Shown piece by piece: positions 41,491 through 52,627 of a DNA stretch of 55,286 nucleotides. Position 1 is the stretch's first letter; each line of letters starts with the position of its first letter. Both the position numbers and the translations under genes were made by a program. The notes beneath the pieces are model-generated. The model saw only the letters and a program-made list of their open reading frames with translations, had not been told where the DNA came from and did no database searches. Origin of the DNA: Candidatus Methylomirabilota bacterium (GTDB taxonomy: Bacteria > Methylomirabilota > Methylomirabilia > Rokubacteriales > CSP1-6); contig JBKPAK010000193.1 of the NCBI GenBank assembly GCA_046726415.1, forward strand, positions 1 through 55,286, written 5' to 3'.

Positions 41491-42495
41491 TCAGGGCTGA
41501 ATCACCTGCAGCGCGTGGCCGTCGGGATCGCGCAGCCGCAGGGCACGCCCGAACCCGAGCATCGGCGCCTCCGGCATCACCACCCCCGGCGACAGCATCG
41601 CACACCCGTTCTCCCGCGTCGCGCGGCGCACGGCCTCCGCATCGTCGGCGACGAGTGCCGTCTGCCAGTGCGTCAGGTCGTTGGCGCGCGCGTCCGCCGG
41701 GGCCGGGCGCCCGTCCCGCGGCGTGAGGTATTCCAGGAACTCGACGCCGGGGCCGGCCGAGGCTCTCAGGGTGGTGATCCGCAGGCGGGCGCCGAAGACG
41801 TTGTTCAGGCGCTCCTGCTCGGGGCCGTAGTTCTCGCTCTTGCCGACGACCCGCAGACCGAGCGTGTCGCGATAGCAGGCCAGGCTGCGCTCGGTGTCGG
41901 CGACGACGATCGCGGTGTGGTCGATCCCCAGGAACAGCCGGTCTCCGGACCGGTGCCAGCGTGGATCGCCCTTGCCGGCCGGGAACCACAGCACCTCCAG
42001 CGCGTGGCCGTCGGGATCCTTGAAGTAGAAGGCCCGGATCCCGCCGGCGTTCGGGTTCCAGTCCGGCAGCTGCTGGGGCGCCGGCGAGGTGTGCTCGACG
42101 CGATGGGCGCGCAGCCGCGCGTAGGCGCGGTCCATGTCGCTGACGATGATGGCGACGTGCTGGAACCACCGATCGTTGCTCCGCGAGTCGGCCGGTATCG
42201 GGCGCCCACGCGGGGTCAGGTATTCGGTGAGCTCCAACGTTTCGTCGCCCAGCCGTATCCGGACGACGCGCATGCGCAGCCCGAAGACGCCCTGCAGGCG
42301 CTCCCAGTCGGTCCCCCAGACCTCGACGTCGGAGACCTTCTCGAAGTCGAGCACGCTTGAGTAGAAGGCGATCGAGCGCTCCATGTCGCCGACTGTCATG
42401 CCGATGGGTCCCACCGCCCGAACGAGGCTCTGGGCCTCCGTGCCCGTGGCCAGGCCGATAACGAGGAGCAGTGCGACGACTACCCGGCGGATCAT
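41491..42495 (-). CDS. VOC/glyoxalase family protein with signal peptide
   Basis: Duplicated VOC repeats, QHVAIIVSD, YFKDPDGHALE, IDHTAIVV. Confidence 0.85.
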   Translation of the reverse strand: MIRRVVVALLLVIGLATGTEAQSLVRAVGPIGMTVGDMERSIAFYSSVLDFEKVSDVEVWGTDWERLQGVFGLRMRVVRIRLGDETLELTEYLTPRGRPIPADSRSNDRWFQHVAIIVSDMDRAYARLRAHRVEHTSPAPQQLPDWNPNAGGIRAFYFKDPDGHALEVLWFPAGKGDPRWHRSGDRLFLGIDHTAIVVADTERSLACYRDTLGLRVVGKSENYGPEQERLNNVFGARLRITTLRASAGPGVEFLEYLTPRDGRPAPADARANDLTHWQTALVADDAEAVRRATRENGCAMLSPGVVMPEAPMLGFGRALRLRDPDGHALQVIQP

Positions 42496-44060
42496 GCGCC
42501 GAGCCGTGCGCGCAGGTGATCGGCCACCCGCAGGGCGTTGGCCATGATCGTGAGCGCCGGATTCACGGCCGCGCTGGACGGGAAGAAGCTGCCGTCGACG
42601 ACGTAGAGGTTGTCGACCTCGTGGGCGCGGCAGTTGGCGTCAAGCGCCGAGTTCTGCGGGTCGAGGCCGAAGCGCACGGTGCCGTTCTGGTGGGCCACAC
42701 CGGCCAGCGGGATGCGCTGCCCCAGGTAGAGGCTGCGGGCGAGCAGTCCTTCGTGGCATTCGTGACCGTGCACGCCGCACTTCGTCTGCTGCTTCATGAG
42801 CTGTTGCAGCTTGGCGGTCAGCCGCCGATGCGCCTCCTCGTTGTTGGGCCGATAGCTGAGCACGATCCGCCCGTCGCGGTCGAGCGTGACGCGGTTGTCG
42901 GGATCGGGCAGATCCTCTGACGTAAGCCAGAAGTCGAGCGAGTGACGCGCCATCAGCTCCAGCGTCCAGCCTGGCGCAATCGCGGGCGCGCCTGCCCTCA
43001 GGGTGTAGGCGTCCAGCTTGCCGACGAAGGAGATATGCCCCATGGGGTACGACCACTCGGGCGAGCCGAAGTAGAAGTCGTTCAGGCCGAGCGTCTTCTG
43101 GAAGACGGTCGGGTTCGGGCACCGGGACAGCGCCATCATGACCGAGTTGACGTGGCCCATGTAGTGCCGGCCCACTACGTCGGAGCCATTGGCCAGCCCG
43201 CGCGGATGCTTGCCGTTGGCCGAGCGGAGCAGCAGCGCGGCGGAGTTGATCGCGCCCGCAGAGACCACGACGATGTCCGCGGAGCACACCTCGGCCGCCC
43301 CATCGCGCTCCACGACGACTCGCGTGACCTCGCGGCCCGACGCGCTCGTCTCCAGGCGCGTGACATAGGCGCCGGTCAGCAAGGTCGCGTTGGGGTGGGC
43401 GAGGGCCGGATCGACGCAGACCACCTGGGCGTCGGCCTTGGCCGAGACCAGGCACGGATGGCCGTCGCAGGTATCGCACCGGATGCAGCGGCTGCCGTGC
43501 GGGTCCTGCTCGTCGAGCATCACTCCCAGCGGCACGTGGAAGGGCCGAAGCCCCATCCGCGCGAGGTCGTCGCTGAGCTGCTGAATGCGCGGCTCGTGGC
43601 TCACGGGAGGATGCAGGTACGGCGCGCTGGCGGGCGGCTCGGTCGGATCGACACCGCGCTCGCCACGGACCTGGTAGAGGTGCTCGGCACGCGTGTAGTA
43701 GGGCTCCAGCTCCTCGTAGGTGATCGGCCACGCCGGTGAAACTCCGCCCCAGTGCTTGACCTCGCCGAAGTCCTCGCGGCGGAGCCGGAATAGCGCGGCG
43801 CCGTAGAACTTGGTATTGCCGCCGACGTAGTAGTTCGTGTGGGGGTGCAGCTCGCGCCCGTCGCCGTCTCGCCAGGCCTCCCGCGTGTTGTATTTGCCCT
43901 CGAGGTTGACGGCCTTCGTGCTCCAGTTGTCCTTCTCGCGCGGCACGTAGCCTCCCCGCTCGAGCAGCAGGATGCGCTTGCCGGTGGCGGCCAGCGCGTG
44001 GAACAGCGTGCCGCCACCGGCGCCCGATCCGATGACGATGACGTCGAAGTGCGTGGTCAT
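42492..44060 (-). CDS. GMC family oxidoreductase
   Basis: IGSGAGGG, VGGNTKFYG, HQNGTVRFG, VNPALTIMANALRV. Confidence 0.9.
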   Translation of the reverse strand: MTTHFDVIVIGSGAGGGTLFHALAATGKRILLLERGGYVPREKDNWSTKAVNLEGKYNTREAWRDGDGRELHPHTNYYVGGNTKFYGAALFRLRREDFGEVKHWGGVSPAWPITYEELEPYYTRAEHLYQVRGERGVDPTEPPASAPYLHPPVSHEPRIQQLSDDLARMGLRPFHVPLGVMLDEQDPHGSRCIRCDTCDGHPCLVSAKADAQVVCVDPALAHPNATLLTGAYVTRLETSASGREVTRVVVERDGAAEVCSADIVVVSAGAINSAALLLRSANGKHPRGLANGSDVVGRHYMGHVNSVMMALSRCPNPTVFQKTLGLNDFYFGSPEWSYPMGHISFVGKLDAYTLRAGAPAIAPGWTLELMARHSLDFWLTSEDLPDPDNRVTLDRDGRIVLSYRPNNEEAHRRLTAKLQQLMKQQTKCGVHGHECHEGLLARSLYLGQRIPLAGVAHQNGTVRFGLDPQNSALDANCRAHEVDNLYVVDGSFFPSSAAVNPALTIMANALRVADHLRARLGA

Positions 44061-44866
44061 GCCGTGCCTCCTGGCGCCGGCGCCAGGTCGGCGTACCGGC
44101 AGCGGAAGATGCAGCGTTGCGAGGTGTCGTGGTGGAGCTTGGCGCAGAAGACGCCGGCGAGATCGTGCCGGCGGACGTACAGCTCGGCCGCCATCAGCAT
44201 GCCCAGCGACGGGGCCGTGAAGTAAATCCACAGCGTGGCCCAGGTCCCCGCCGGCAGCGCGGAGGCCAGGCTCCGCGCCGGGTTCATGCTCATGCCAGAC
44301 AGCGGGGCCTCCACCGTGATGTAGACCGCCACCAGCGCGCCAGCGCAGAGGCCGGTCAGCGGCGCCAGCCGTGGCGAGTTCGACAGGCGCAGCACCACGC
44401 TCATGAGGACGAATGTGATGGCGAGCTCGGCCGCAAACGCGCCCACCGGACCGAAAGCGCCGGGCAGCGTGGCCACGTAGAAGACGTCGGGATCGGCCAG
44501 AGGTGGACCGAGCAGGGCGGCCGCCAGGGCGACGCCGGCAATGCCGCCGGCCGCCTGGGCGACCCCGTACAGCGCCGCGTCGGCCGACGGTACCTTGCCG
44601 AGTCGCCAGAACGTCAAGGTCGTGGCCGGGTTGAAGTGGGCGCCCGCGCGCCGGCCCCATGGCGAGTAAATGAGGCCCATCGCCGTCAGCCCCATGACCA
44701 GGCCCATCAGCGCCCGCCGCGCCAGCGTGTCCGGCACCGCGAGCACCACCGGCGAGGCCGGGTGTCCTAGCAGCGTGCCGAACATGCAGGCGACGAGCAT
44801 GAACAGCCCCAGCCCGGCGGCCTCGATGAGGTATTCCGGCCAGTGACCGCGAAGCGTCGCAGACAT
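44057..44866 (-). CDS. MIP/aquaporin
   Basis: HFNPATT and SMNPARS. Confidence 0.9.
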   Translation of the reverse strand: MSATLRGHWPEYLIEAAGLGLFMLVACMFGTLLGHPASPVVLAVPDTLARRALMGLVMGLTAMGLIYSPWGRRAGAHFNPATTLTFWRLGKVPSADAALYGVAQAAGGIAGVALAAALLGPPLADPDVFYVATLPGAFGPVGAFAAELAITFVLMSVVLRLSNSPRLAPLTGLCAGALVAVYITVEAPLSGMSMNPARSLASALPAGTWATLWIYFTAPSLGMLMAAELYVRRHDLAGVFCAKLHHDTSQRCIFRCRYADLAPAPGGTA

Positions 44867-44867
44867 C

Positions 44868-45713
44868 TCAGCCTCCGCGGGCGAACTCGGGATAGAGCGT
44901 CATGCCGCCGTCCACGAAGATCGTCTGGCCGTGGACGTAGTCGGCGTCGTCGGAGGCCAGCCACGCCACCGCGCGGCCGATGTCCTCCGGCTGGCCGATG
45001 CGCCCGTAGGGTATGAGCGTCAGCAGCGACGCTAACGCGGCGGGTGTCTCCCACGCCGGCCGGTTGATGGGTGTCTGGATGGCGCCGGGCGCGATAGAGT
45101 TCACGCGGATCCGGTGCGGCGCCACTTCCTGGGCGAGCGACTGCATGAGGAGCTTCACACCGCCCTTGGACGCGGCGTAGTTCACGTGACCAGCCCAGGG
45201 GATGACTTCGTGTACCGACGAGACGCAGATGAACTTGCCGGCCGCCCGCGAGACGCCGGGCCGGATGCCCTGATGGATCATGGCCCGCGTCGCCTCGCGC
45301 GCGCAGAGGAAGGTCCCCGTGAGGTTGACGCCGATGACCGCGTTCCACTGGGCGACGGTCATCTCCGTGATCGCGGCGTCCTTCTGGATGCCGGCGTTGC
45401 TGACCAGGATGTCGAGGGCGCCCCAGGTTTCGACAACCGTGCCGACCATGGCCTGGACGTCGGGCTCGCGCGAGACGTCCGCGCATACGGCGATCGCCGT
45501 GCCGCCCGCCTCGCGAATCTCGGCCACGACGCCCTCCGCCGCCTCGGGCCCAGTCACATAGTTCACCGCTACCGCTGCCCCCGCCGCCGCCAGGGCCCGG
45601 GCCACCCCCGCGCCGATCCCGGAGGAAGCGCCCGTCACGAGCGCCGTCTGGCCCCGGAGCGGCTGGTGGGTCGGCGCGGTCGGCGCCTCGCTGCCGATGG
45701 TTGCCAGGCTCAT
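44868..45713 (-). CDS. Glucose 1-dehydrogenase-like SDR
   Basis: TGASSGIG, SSVHEVIPW, YAASKGG, DGGMTLYP. Confidence 0.88.
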   Translation of the reverse strand: MSLATIGSEAPTAPTHQPLRGQTALVTGASSGIGAGVARALAAAGAAVAVNYVTGPEAAEGVVAEIREAGGTAIAVCADVSREPDVQAMVGTVVETWGALDILVSNAGIQKDAAITEMTVAQWNAVIGVNLTGTFLCAREATRAMIHQGIRPGVSRAAGKFICVSSVHEVIPWAGHVNYAASKGGVKLLMQSLAQEVAPHRIRVNSIAPGAIQTPINRPAWETPAALASLLTLIPYGRIGQPEDIGRAVAWLASDDADYVHGQTIFVDGGMTLYPEFARGG

Positions 45714-45790
45714 CACCTCGGTCCTCCTTGCTGGCCGGTTGGACACGCCGGTCGGCCACGAGGGTGCACGGACCGGTGATCGCGATCGGC

Positions 45791-47792
45791 GTGTCTCACA
45801 CGGGCATTGAGACCACGCTGGCCTGGGGACGCGAGATCTGCGGCGAGCTCGACGTGGCGGAGCGCCGCGAGTGGCTGTGCACCAACGGCATCGGCGGCTT
45901 CGCCTCCAGCACGGTGGCCGGGATCGCGACCCGGCGCTATCACGGCCTGCTGGTGGCGGCGCTCCAGCCTCCGCTTAGCCGCACGGTGCTGGGCGCACAC
46001 GTCCACGAGACGGTCGAGTACGCTGGCCGCCGCTGGCCGCTCGCAACGAGCCGCTGGGCCGGCGGCGCGGTCGATCCCGACGGCTTCCGTCACATCGAGT
46101 CGTTCCGGCTCGACGGTGCCTCGCCCGTGTGGACCTATGCCGTCGGCGACGCGGTCGTCGAGAAGCGTATCTGGATGGAGCCCGGTGCGAACACGACCTA
46201 CGTGCGGTACACGGCCCTACGCGCCCGCACGCCGCTCGGCCTCACGCTGCGGACCCTCGTCAACTACCGCGACTACCACGCCACGACGCGCGCCGGCGAC
46301 TGGCGCATGGCCGTCGCGCCCGTCCCCCACGGCGTGCGCGCGACGGCGTTCGACGGCGCGCATGCGTTCCACGTGCTCGCCGCCAGCGCCGAGGCGTGCC
46401 CGGCCCACGACTGGTTTCGCGACTTCGCCCTGGCGCGCGAGGCCGAACGCGGACTAGACCACCTCGACGATGCGCTGCACGCGGTGACGTTCGCGGCAGA
46501 GCTGGCGTCCGGGGCGAGTCTCACCCTGGTCGTCTCAGCAGAGGTCGACCCGCAGCTCGACGGCGAGACGGCGTGGCGCCGTCGCGAACATCACGAGGCG
46601 GTCGTGCTGCAACGCTGGACGGCGACGCAGCCGTCGAGCGCCACCGCACCGAGCTGGATCCGTCACCTGGTTCTGAACGCCGACCAGTTCATCGCCCGCA
46701 GACCCACACCGGAGGCCCCCGACGGCCTCACGTGATGGCCGGCTATCACTGGTTCGGCGACTGGGGGCGCGACACGATGATCGCGCTGCCCGGCCTCACG
46801 TTGACGACGGGGCGTCCCGACGCCGCCCGCTCGATCCTGACCACGTTCGCGCGGTTCGTCGACCGAGGGATGCTGCCGAATCGCTTCCCCGACGCCGGCG
46901 AGGCACCCGAGTACAACACCGTCGACGCCACGCTCTGGTACGTCGAGGCGATCCGCGCCTACCACGAGGCGACCACCGACGACGGCCTGCTCAAGGAGCT
47001 CTTCCCCGTACTGGAGAGCATCGTGGCCTGGCACCGCGCGGGCACGCGCTACGGCATCCACGAGGATCCCGCCGACGGCCTGCTCGCGTCCGGTGAGCCT
47101 GGCGTGCAGCTCACGTGGATGGACGCCCGAATCGGCGACTGGGTGGTGACGCCGCGCATCGGCAAGGCGGTGGAGGTCAACGCGCTCTGGTACAACACCC
47201 TGCGGGCGATGGCGGCGTTCGCAGAGCGCCTCCACCGGCCGGCCGCAGCGTACCGCGCCCTGGCCGCCCGAGTCGCGAGCGCGTTCGATCGCTTCTGGTA
47301 CGAGGCCGGTGGCCACTGCCATGACGTCATCGACACGCCCACGGGTGACTACCCGACGCTGCGGCCCAACCAGATCCTCGCCGTCTAGCTGCCCGAGAGC
47401 CGCTGGCAGCCGATCGCCAGCGGGCGGTCGTCAATGCCTGCGCGGCTCGACTGTTGACCTCACACGGTCTGCGCAGCCTCGCGCCCGACCATCCGCAATA
47501 CCAGGGCCGCTACGGCGGCGATCAGTGGGCGCGCGACAGCGCTTATCACCAGGGCACGGTGTGGGCGTGGCTGCTCGGGCCATTCGCGCTGGCGCATGCC
47601 CGCGTGTACGGCGACGCGGCGGCCGCCCGGGCGCTACTGTCACCCCTTGCCGACCATCTCGGCGACTACGGCCTCGGCTCCATCGCGGAGATCTTCGAGG
47701 GCGATCCGCCGTTTCGGCCGGCCGGCTGCATCGCCCAGGCGTGGAGCGTGGCGGAGACGCTCCGCGCCTGGCACGAGCTCGCTCGCACCTGA
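45791..47792 (+). pseudogene. Amylo-alpha-1,6-glucosidase (glycogen debranching), disrupted
   Basis: [41 protein letters not shown] spread over three ORFs; frameshift near 46730, TAG 47386. Confidence 0.85.
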
Positions 47793-47933
47793 CGACCAGA
47801 CCAGTCGCCCGTAAGTGTGCGGCGGCGCGAGCCGGCCCCGCAGCCTGACCACTGGACAGGGATCAGCGTGCCGCCACTCTGGTCTGGGCCGCGGGGCCGG
47901 CCCAATCATGGGCCTCGCGAATGACGTCTCTTC

Positions 47934-48161
47934 CTAGCGCAGGCGATCGAGGAGGAAGGAGCGCAGTCGGCGACGCATCTCCTCGGGCATGGCGACCCTA
48001 CCGGCCTCGCCGGTCACGCCCACCGTGCGCCGGTAGGTCGCGAGGTAGGCGCGGCAGGGCTCGCAATCGGCCAGGTGCGCCTCGAGCTGCTCCAGCACCG
48101 CGGGCTCGAGCGTGGACTCGAGATACTCCAGCAGGAGCCCGATCGCATCCTGGCAGGTCAT
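47934..48161 (-). CDS. zf-HC2 anti-sigma-like small protein
   Basis: MTCQD..LEAHLADCEPC (HxxxCxxC). Confidence 0.85.
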   Translation of the reverse strand: MTCQDAIGLLLEYLESTLEPAVLEQLEAHLADCEPCRAYLATYRRTVGVTGEAGRVAMPEEMRRRLRSFLLDRLR

Positions 48162-48176
48162 GGCGCACCCATCATC

Positions 48177-49781
48177 TCACGCATTGCGGGAGGCAATGAG
48201 CTGTTCGACGAAACCGCGCAGCGGGGGCAGGCTGGCGAACATGGCCTGGAAGGCCTCGCGATCGACGGCCAGCACGTTCGTGGCGGCGACCGCCCGGACC
48301 GTCGCCGAGCGCGTCGTGTCGCTCACCAGCGCGATCTCACCGAAGCACTCGCCCACGCCCAGCCGGCGCACCGGTTGCTCGCCGCGACCCGGGACCGACT
48401 GAAGCACCTCGACCTCACCCTCGGTGACCACGTAGAGCCAGTCGCCCCGGTCACCCTCGCGGAAGACCACCTGGCCCGGCTCGAAGTACTCGCGGCGCAC
48501 GCCGAGGGCGCGGTCGGTCTTGAGCTGCACGATGTCGGGCGGCAGGACCAGATCGAGCGTCCAGTCGGTTGCCACCCGAAGCTTGCGGTCGAGCCCCGGG
48601 AGCTTCAGGAGATAGATCGTCCGCCACAACCACCAGGCCAGGAAGCCCGACAGCTTGACGCCGAAGATCTCCGCCACCGCTGAGCGGCGGCCGAGCGAGC
48701 CCATCTTGCCCAGCGCGGTGAATGCGAACGCCTCTCGGCGTGTGCCGCGGAGCGTCGCGACGATGTTGCGGGCCACGCACGCCGCCTGGCGCGTCGCATG
48801 CTGCGCGGTCGGGGGGCAGAAGTCGCCCGTCCGCGCGTCGCGGATCGCAGCACAGTCGCCGACCGCCCACAGGCCGGAAACCTCGGGGACCGCCAGGTGG
48901 TGGTCAACGAGGATGCGGCCCCGCTCTTTCTTGACCGGGAGCATCGAGACCAGCGGGTTCGAGCCCGACGGCACCGTGCTCACCAGCGTCCGGGTGGCGA
49001 TGCGATCGCCGTTCGCCAGCAGGGCGGCATCGGCCGTGGCGCCGGCGAGCCGCGTGTCGAGGCGGACCTCGACGCCGCGCTTCTTCAGGAGCGCCTGAGC
49101 GAACTCGGCCAGCGACTTCGGCAACTCGGGCAGGATCAGGCCGCCGGCGTGCAGCAGCACGACCCGAATCTCCTCCGGCCTGACGTTCCGGAAGCTGCGG
49201 GCGGCCGCGCGCACGAAGTCGTTCAGCTCGGCCACCGCCTCGACGCCGGAGAACCCGCCGCCAGCGACCACGAAGGTCAGCAGCGCCCGCCGCAGGGTCG
49301 GATCCTGCTCGATGTCGGCTTCTTCAAGGGTGTGGATGAGGCGGTTGCGCAGCGTAAGGGCGTCGCCGAGGTACTTGAACGGCAGCGCGTACTCGGCCAG
49401 CCCTCGCTGGCCGGCGAAGGAGGTCATGTTGCCGAGCGCCACCACCAGGTGATCGAAGTGCAGGTGGTGCTGGCGGCTGCCGAAGCCGGCGGTCGACTGC
49501 ACGCTGCGGTGCGCGAGATCGATCGACTCGATCGTGCGCGTGTAGAGGTTGGTGTTGGGGCAAAGCCGGCGGATCGGGGTGATGACGTCGAGGACGCCGA
49601 TGCTGCCCGAGATGACCTCCGGCAGCATGGGCTGGAATACGATGTAGTTCTCGCGACTCACCAGGCCCAACTCGACCTCCCCGCGCCGGATTTCCGTCTT
49701 CAGGAGCTTCTCGAGCGTCAGCGCCGTGTAGACACCCCCGAAGCCGCCGCCGAGGATCAGGATGCGCGTGGGCTGCCTCAT
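48177..49781 (-). CDS. NDH-2-type FAD oxidoreductase fused to a cNMP-binding domain
   Basis: GGGFGG, GGGFSGVE, PPTAQHA; C-terminal FREGDRGD..FGEIAL..RSATV. Confidence 0.88.
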   Translation of the reverse strand: MRQPTRILILGGGFGGVYTALTLEKLLKTEIRRGEVELGLVSRENYIVFQPMLPEVISGSIGVLDVITPIRRLCPNTNLYTRTIESIDLAHRSVQSTAGFGSRQHHLHFDHLVVALGNMTSFAGQRGLAEYALPFKYLGDALTLRNRLIHTLEEADIEQDPTLRRALLTFVVAGGGFSGVEAVAELNDFVRAAARSFRNVRPEEIRVVLLHAGGLILPELPKSLAEFAQALLKKRGVEVRLDTRLAGATADAALLANGDRIATRTLVSTVPSGSNPLVSMLPVKKERGRILVDHHLAVPEVSGLWAVGDCAAIRDARTGDFCPPTAQHATRQAACVARNIVATLRGTRREAFAFTALGKMGSLGRRSAVAEIFGVKLSGFLAWWLWRTIYLLKLPGLDRKLRVATDWTLDLVLPPDIVQLKTDRALGVRREYFEPGQVVFREGDRGDWLYVVTEGEVEVLQSVPGRGEQPVRRLGVGECFGEIALVSDTTRSATVRAVAATNVLAVDREAFQAMFASLPPLRGFVEQLIASRNA

Positions 49782-51653
49782 CAGGGTGCCTCCGGTGGGT
49801 TGGACACGAGCGCCGGCCGGCCCGGTGCGGAGGCAGCCTCCAGTAGCCGGGCCAGGTCGGCCTGGTCCGCGGCATCGACCGAAGTCAGGTGGATGCGGAC
49901 CAGCCGCGCCCCGTCGCGCATGGCGGTGCCCGTCACCTTGCCGTACACGTCGCCCGACTCGCGGCCGGAACCCGAATGGGTCAGGCGCAGGCGCACGTTG
50001 GTCAGCGGGGCCAGGTCAACGTCGACCAGCGCCTCCAGAGTCCGGCTGCTCAGGCGACGGACGGAGCCCCGGAACGCCCTGCCCACGCGCTTGTCCTCCA
50101 GGACGGCTCCCGTGACCGGCAGGTCCAGGTCGATGGCGACGTCGGCCTCCGGCTCGGGCAGCCGTCCGGCAAAACGGCCGGCCAGACCGCGCAACTCGAA
50201 GAGGATGACCGGCGCGCCCAGTCCCTTGAGCTCGACCTCGATCGGGGCCGCCACCTCGGCCAGGTCCCCCAGGCGCTCGGCGGTGGCGGCGGTCATGAGA
50301 ATCTGACCGCCGACGGTGCAGCCCTCCACGCGTGCCGCCAGGTTGACGGCCGCGCCGACCACGGCGTACTTCATGCGCTGCTCGGAGCCGATGTTGCCCA
50401 CGACCGCCTCGCCCGTGTGCAGGCCGATCCCCATCTCGAAGCGCGGCCGGCCCCGAGCAGCGGTGGCGCAGTTGAGGTCGTCGTTGGCGCGCTGCATCGC
50501 CAGCGCGGTCGCCGCCGCGCGCTCGGCATGGTCGGCGTGCTCCACCGGCGCGCCGAACACGGCGAAGATGGCGTCGCCGATGAACTCGTTGATGGTCCCG
50601 CCGTGGGCGATGACGACGTCGGCCATGCGTCCGAGATAGTCGTTGAGGACCTCCATGACGCCGGCGGGATCCCCGTGCTCGGCGAAGCGCGTGTAGCCGC
50701 GCAAGTCGGACATGAGCACCGTGATCTCACGCTTGGCGCCGCCCAGCCGCAGGCCGTCGGGTGATTCCAGGACGGTCCGGGCGACCTCCGGCGAGACATA
50801 GCGCCCGAACGCGTTGCGGATGACGTCGCGCTGGCGCAAGCCCTCGACCATCCCGTTGAACGCCCGCGTGAGCACGCCGACCTCGTCGCCCGAGCGGACT
50901 GGCAAGGCCTGCGTGAGATCGCCGTCCGCCACCCGCGCTACCGCCCCGGTGAGCGCGCTGATGGGCCGGGTCAGCCGCCGCGCGAACAGCAGCCCTAGCA
51001 GCAGCGCGCACAGAGCCCCCGCCGCCGAGCCGCGGGCGATCGTGGCATCGAGCTCACGCAGCCGATCGAGGAAGACGTCCACCTGGTAGTCCACGCTCAT
51101 CACGGCGGTGGCGCGGCCCTGAGCGTCCACGAGGGGCGCGACCGCGCTGATCCAGGTCCCGTGTGCGTTGCGATAGGCGCGCGTGTAGCGGGCGACGCCG
51201 TCTTCCAGGCTCCAGGCGATCGGCTCGATCAGCTCGGCTGCCAGCGCATACCACTGTCCTGGCCGCTCGGCGTCCTCGCTTGTCACGACCACGCGCGCCC
51301 GTCGGCCTGCCGGGTCGTAGGCGACGAGCGTTCGGATGGGCGTCGTCAGCAGCACCTCGCGCTGTACATCGGCCAGCGTCCGGCGCAGCTGCCGGTAGGC
51401 GGACGACTCGACGCTTCCCATCCGCTCGACCTCGGCGTGCTGGACGGGGTCGACGAGCAGGACAGCGACCCGTGCGATGTTGAGAAGCTGAGTGCCAACG
51501 GCATCCTCCAGCTCGCCCTTCTGCCGCTCGCGGACGAGCACACCGACCATCGCCACGCTGAGGAAGGTCAGCGCGGCGAAAGCGATCGCCAGGCGCACGG
51601 GCCAGGCGCCGCCACGGAGGCAGCGTCGGCCGCGGAGCCGCTGCCCGGTCCAT
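49781..51653 (-). CDS. Membrane class III adenylate/guanylate cyclase with HAMP (probable frameshift near 51600)
   Basis: SDLRGYT, FIGDAI, GLHTGEAVVGNIG, VNLAARVE; ATG 51653 is out of frame by one base. Confidence 0.85.
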
Positions 51654-51657
51654 GGTC

Positions 51658-52134
51658 TCAGCGGCCGGCGGGATCCGTGGGCTCCAGTCCGATGGCACGG
51701 TCGACCGACCAGAGGCCGCCACCCCGCGTGAGGAGAAAGAGCAGGATCGAGCCCCACGTCAGATGCTCGGCGTAGGCGCCGGGATAGACGAAGGTCTGGA
51801 TCACCGCGATCATCCCGAGCAGCGGCAGCGTCGCCACCCGGGTGCCGAGACCCAGGATCAGGAGGATTGAGCAGCCGATCTCGGTGGTCGTGGCCATGAC
51901 GGCGGCGAGATCGGGCGGGAGCACCGGCACCTTGTACTCGTCGGCAAACAGCTGAACCGTCAGCTCCCAGCTCGCCAGCTTGTTCAACCCGGCCTTGAGG
52001 AACACGCTGGCGATCGCGAGCCGAAAGAGGATCTGGATTAACGCTAGCGGAACGCGGCCGAGCTGCGCCAGAACCCAGGCGAGCCGACCGCGCGCACCCG
52101 ACATCGGCAGCGTGACTGTCATCATGATCTGCAT
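51658..52134 (-). CDS. DoxX family protein (BufD-like)
   Basis: [23 protein letters not shown]. Confidence 0.85.
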   Translation of the reverse strand: MQIMMTVTLPMSGARGRLAWVLAQLGRVPLALIQILFRLAIASVFLKAGLNKLASWELTVQLFADEYKVPVLPPDLAAVMATTTEIGCSILLILGLGTRVATLPLLGMIAVIQTFVYPGAYAEHLTWGSILLFLLTRGGGLWSVDRAIGLEPTDPAGR

Positions 52135-52202
52135 GGTCTCGTCTCCTCGCTGGTTGGCGGGGCGGGCGGCGCCCGACGCCGCCCCGCCCCTCGCCCCAGC
52201 GA

Positions 52203-52472
52203 TCAGGCCTTCTTGGGCTGGGTGGCGCCGCCGACGAGCTTCTCGCACGAGCCGGCCGGCATGTAGATCCACGCGTCGCCCTGGTTGTCGCGCTTGGAGG
52301 TGCCGGCGCACGAGGAGTTGGCCGTCTGGCAGTCGTTCTTGCCGGCCTTCACGATGCCGTAGCACTTCTCCGCCTCGAACTTGGGCTTGGGCGCCGGCCC
52401 CGCCTGCGCGGCGATCGGCATCGCGAGCGCCGCGGCCACGGCCGAAGCGACCAGGAGCTGGGAGGTCTTCAT
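52203..52472 (-). CDS. DUF2282 bufferin-type precursor (BufA1-like)
   Basis: Signal peptide; [33 protein letters not shown] (4 Cys). Confidence 0.9.
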   Translation of the reverse strand: MKTSQLLVASAVAAALAMPIAAQAGPAPKPKFEAEKCYGIVKAGKNDCQTANSSCAGTSKRDNQGDAWIYMPAGSCEKLVGGATQPKKA

Positions 52473-52627
52473 GGGGTCTCCTTCCTCTCACGGGCCCGGG
52501 GATCGGGGCCTCACGCCAGCGGGGTCCGTTTGTCGCCGGCGGCGGGCGTGTTCAGGGGCTCAGACACGGTTGGGACTGGGCGCGGTTCGCCGCACCGTTC
52601 GGCGGCCGGCTCGTGTCTGACTCCCCG

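Noticed and set aside
46733-46735. TGA in the debranching enzyme as selenocysteine
   Set aside because: The protein continues in a different frame and there is no Cys motif; it is a frameshift
47386-47388. TAG here and at 14767 as pyrrolysine or amber recoding
   Set aside because: Both lie in genes with additional frameshifts and are explained by single substitutions
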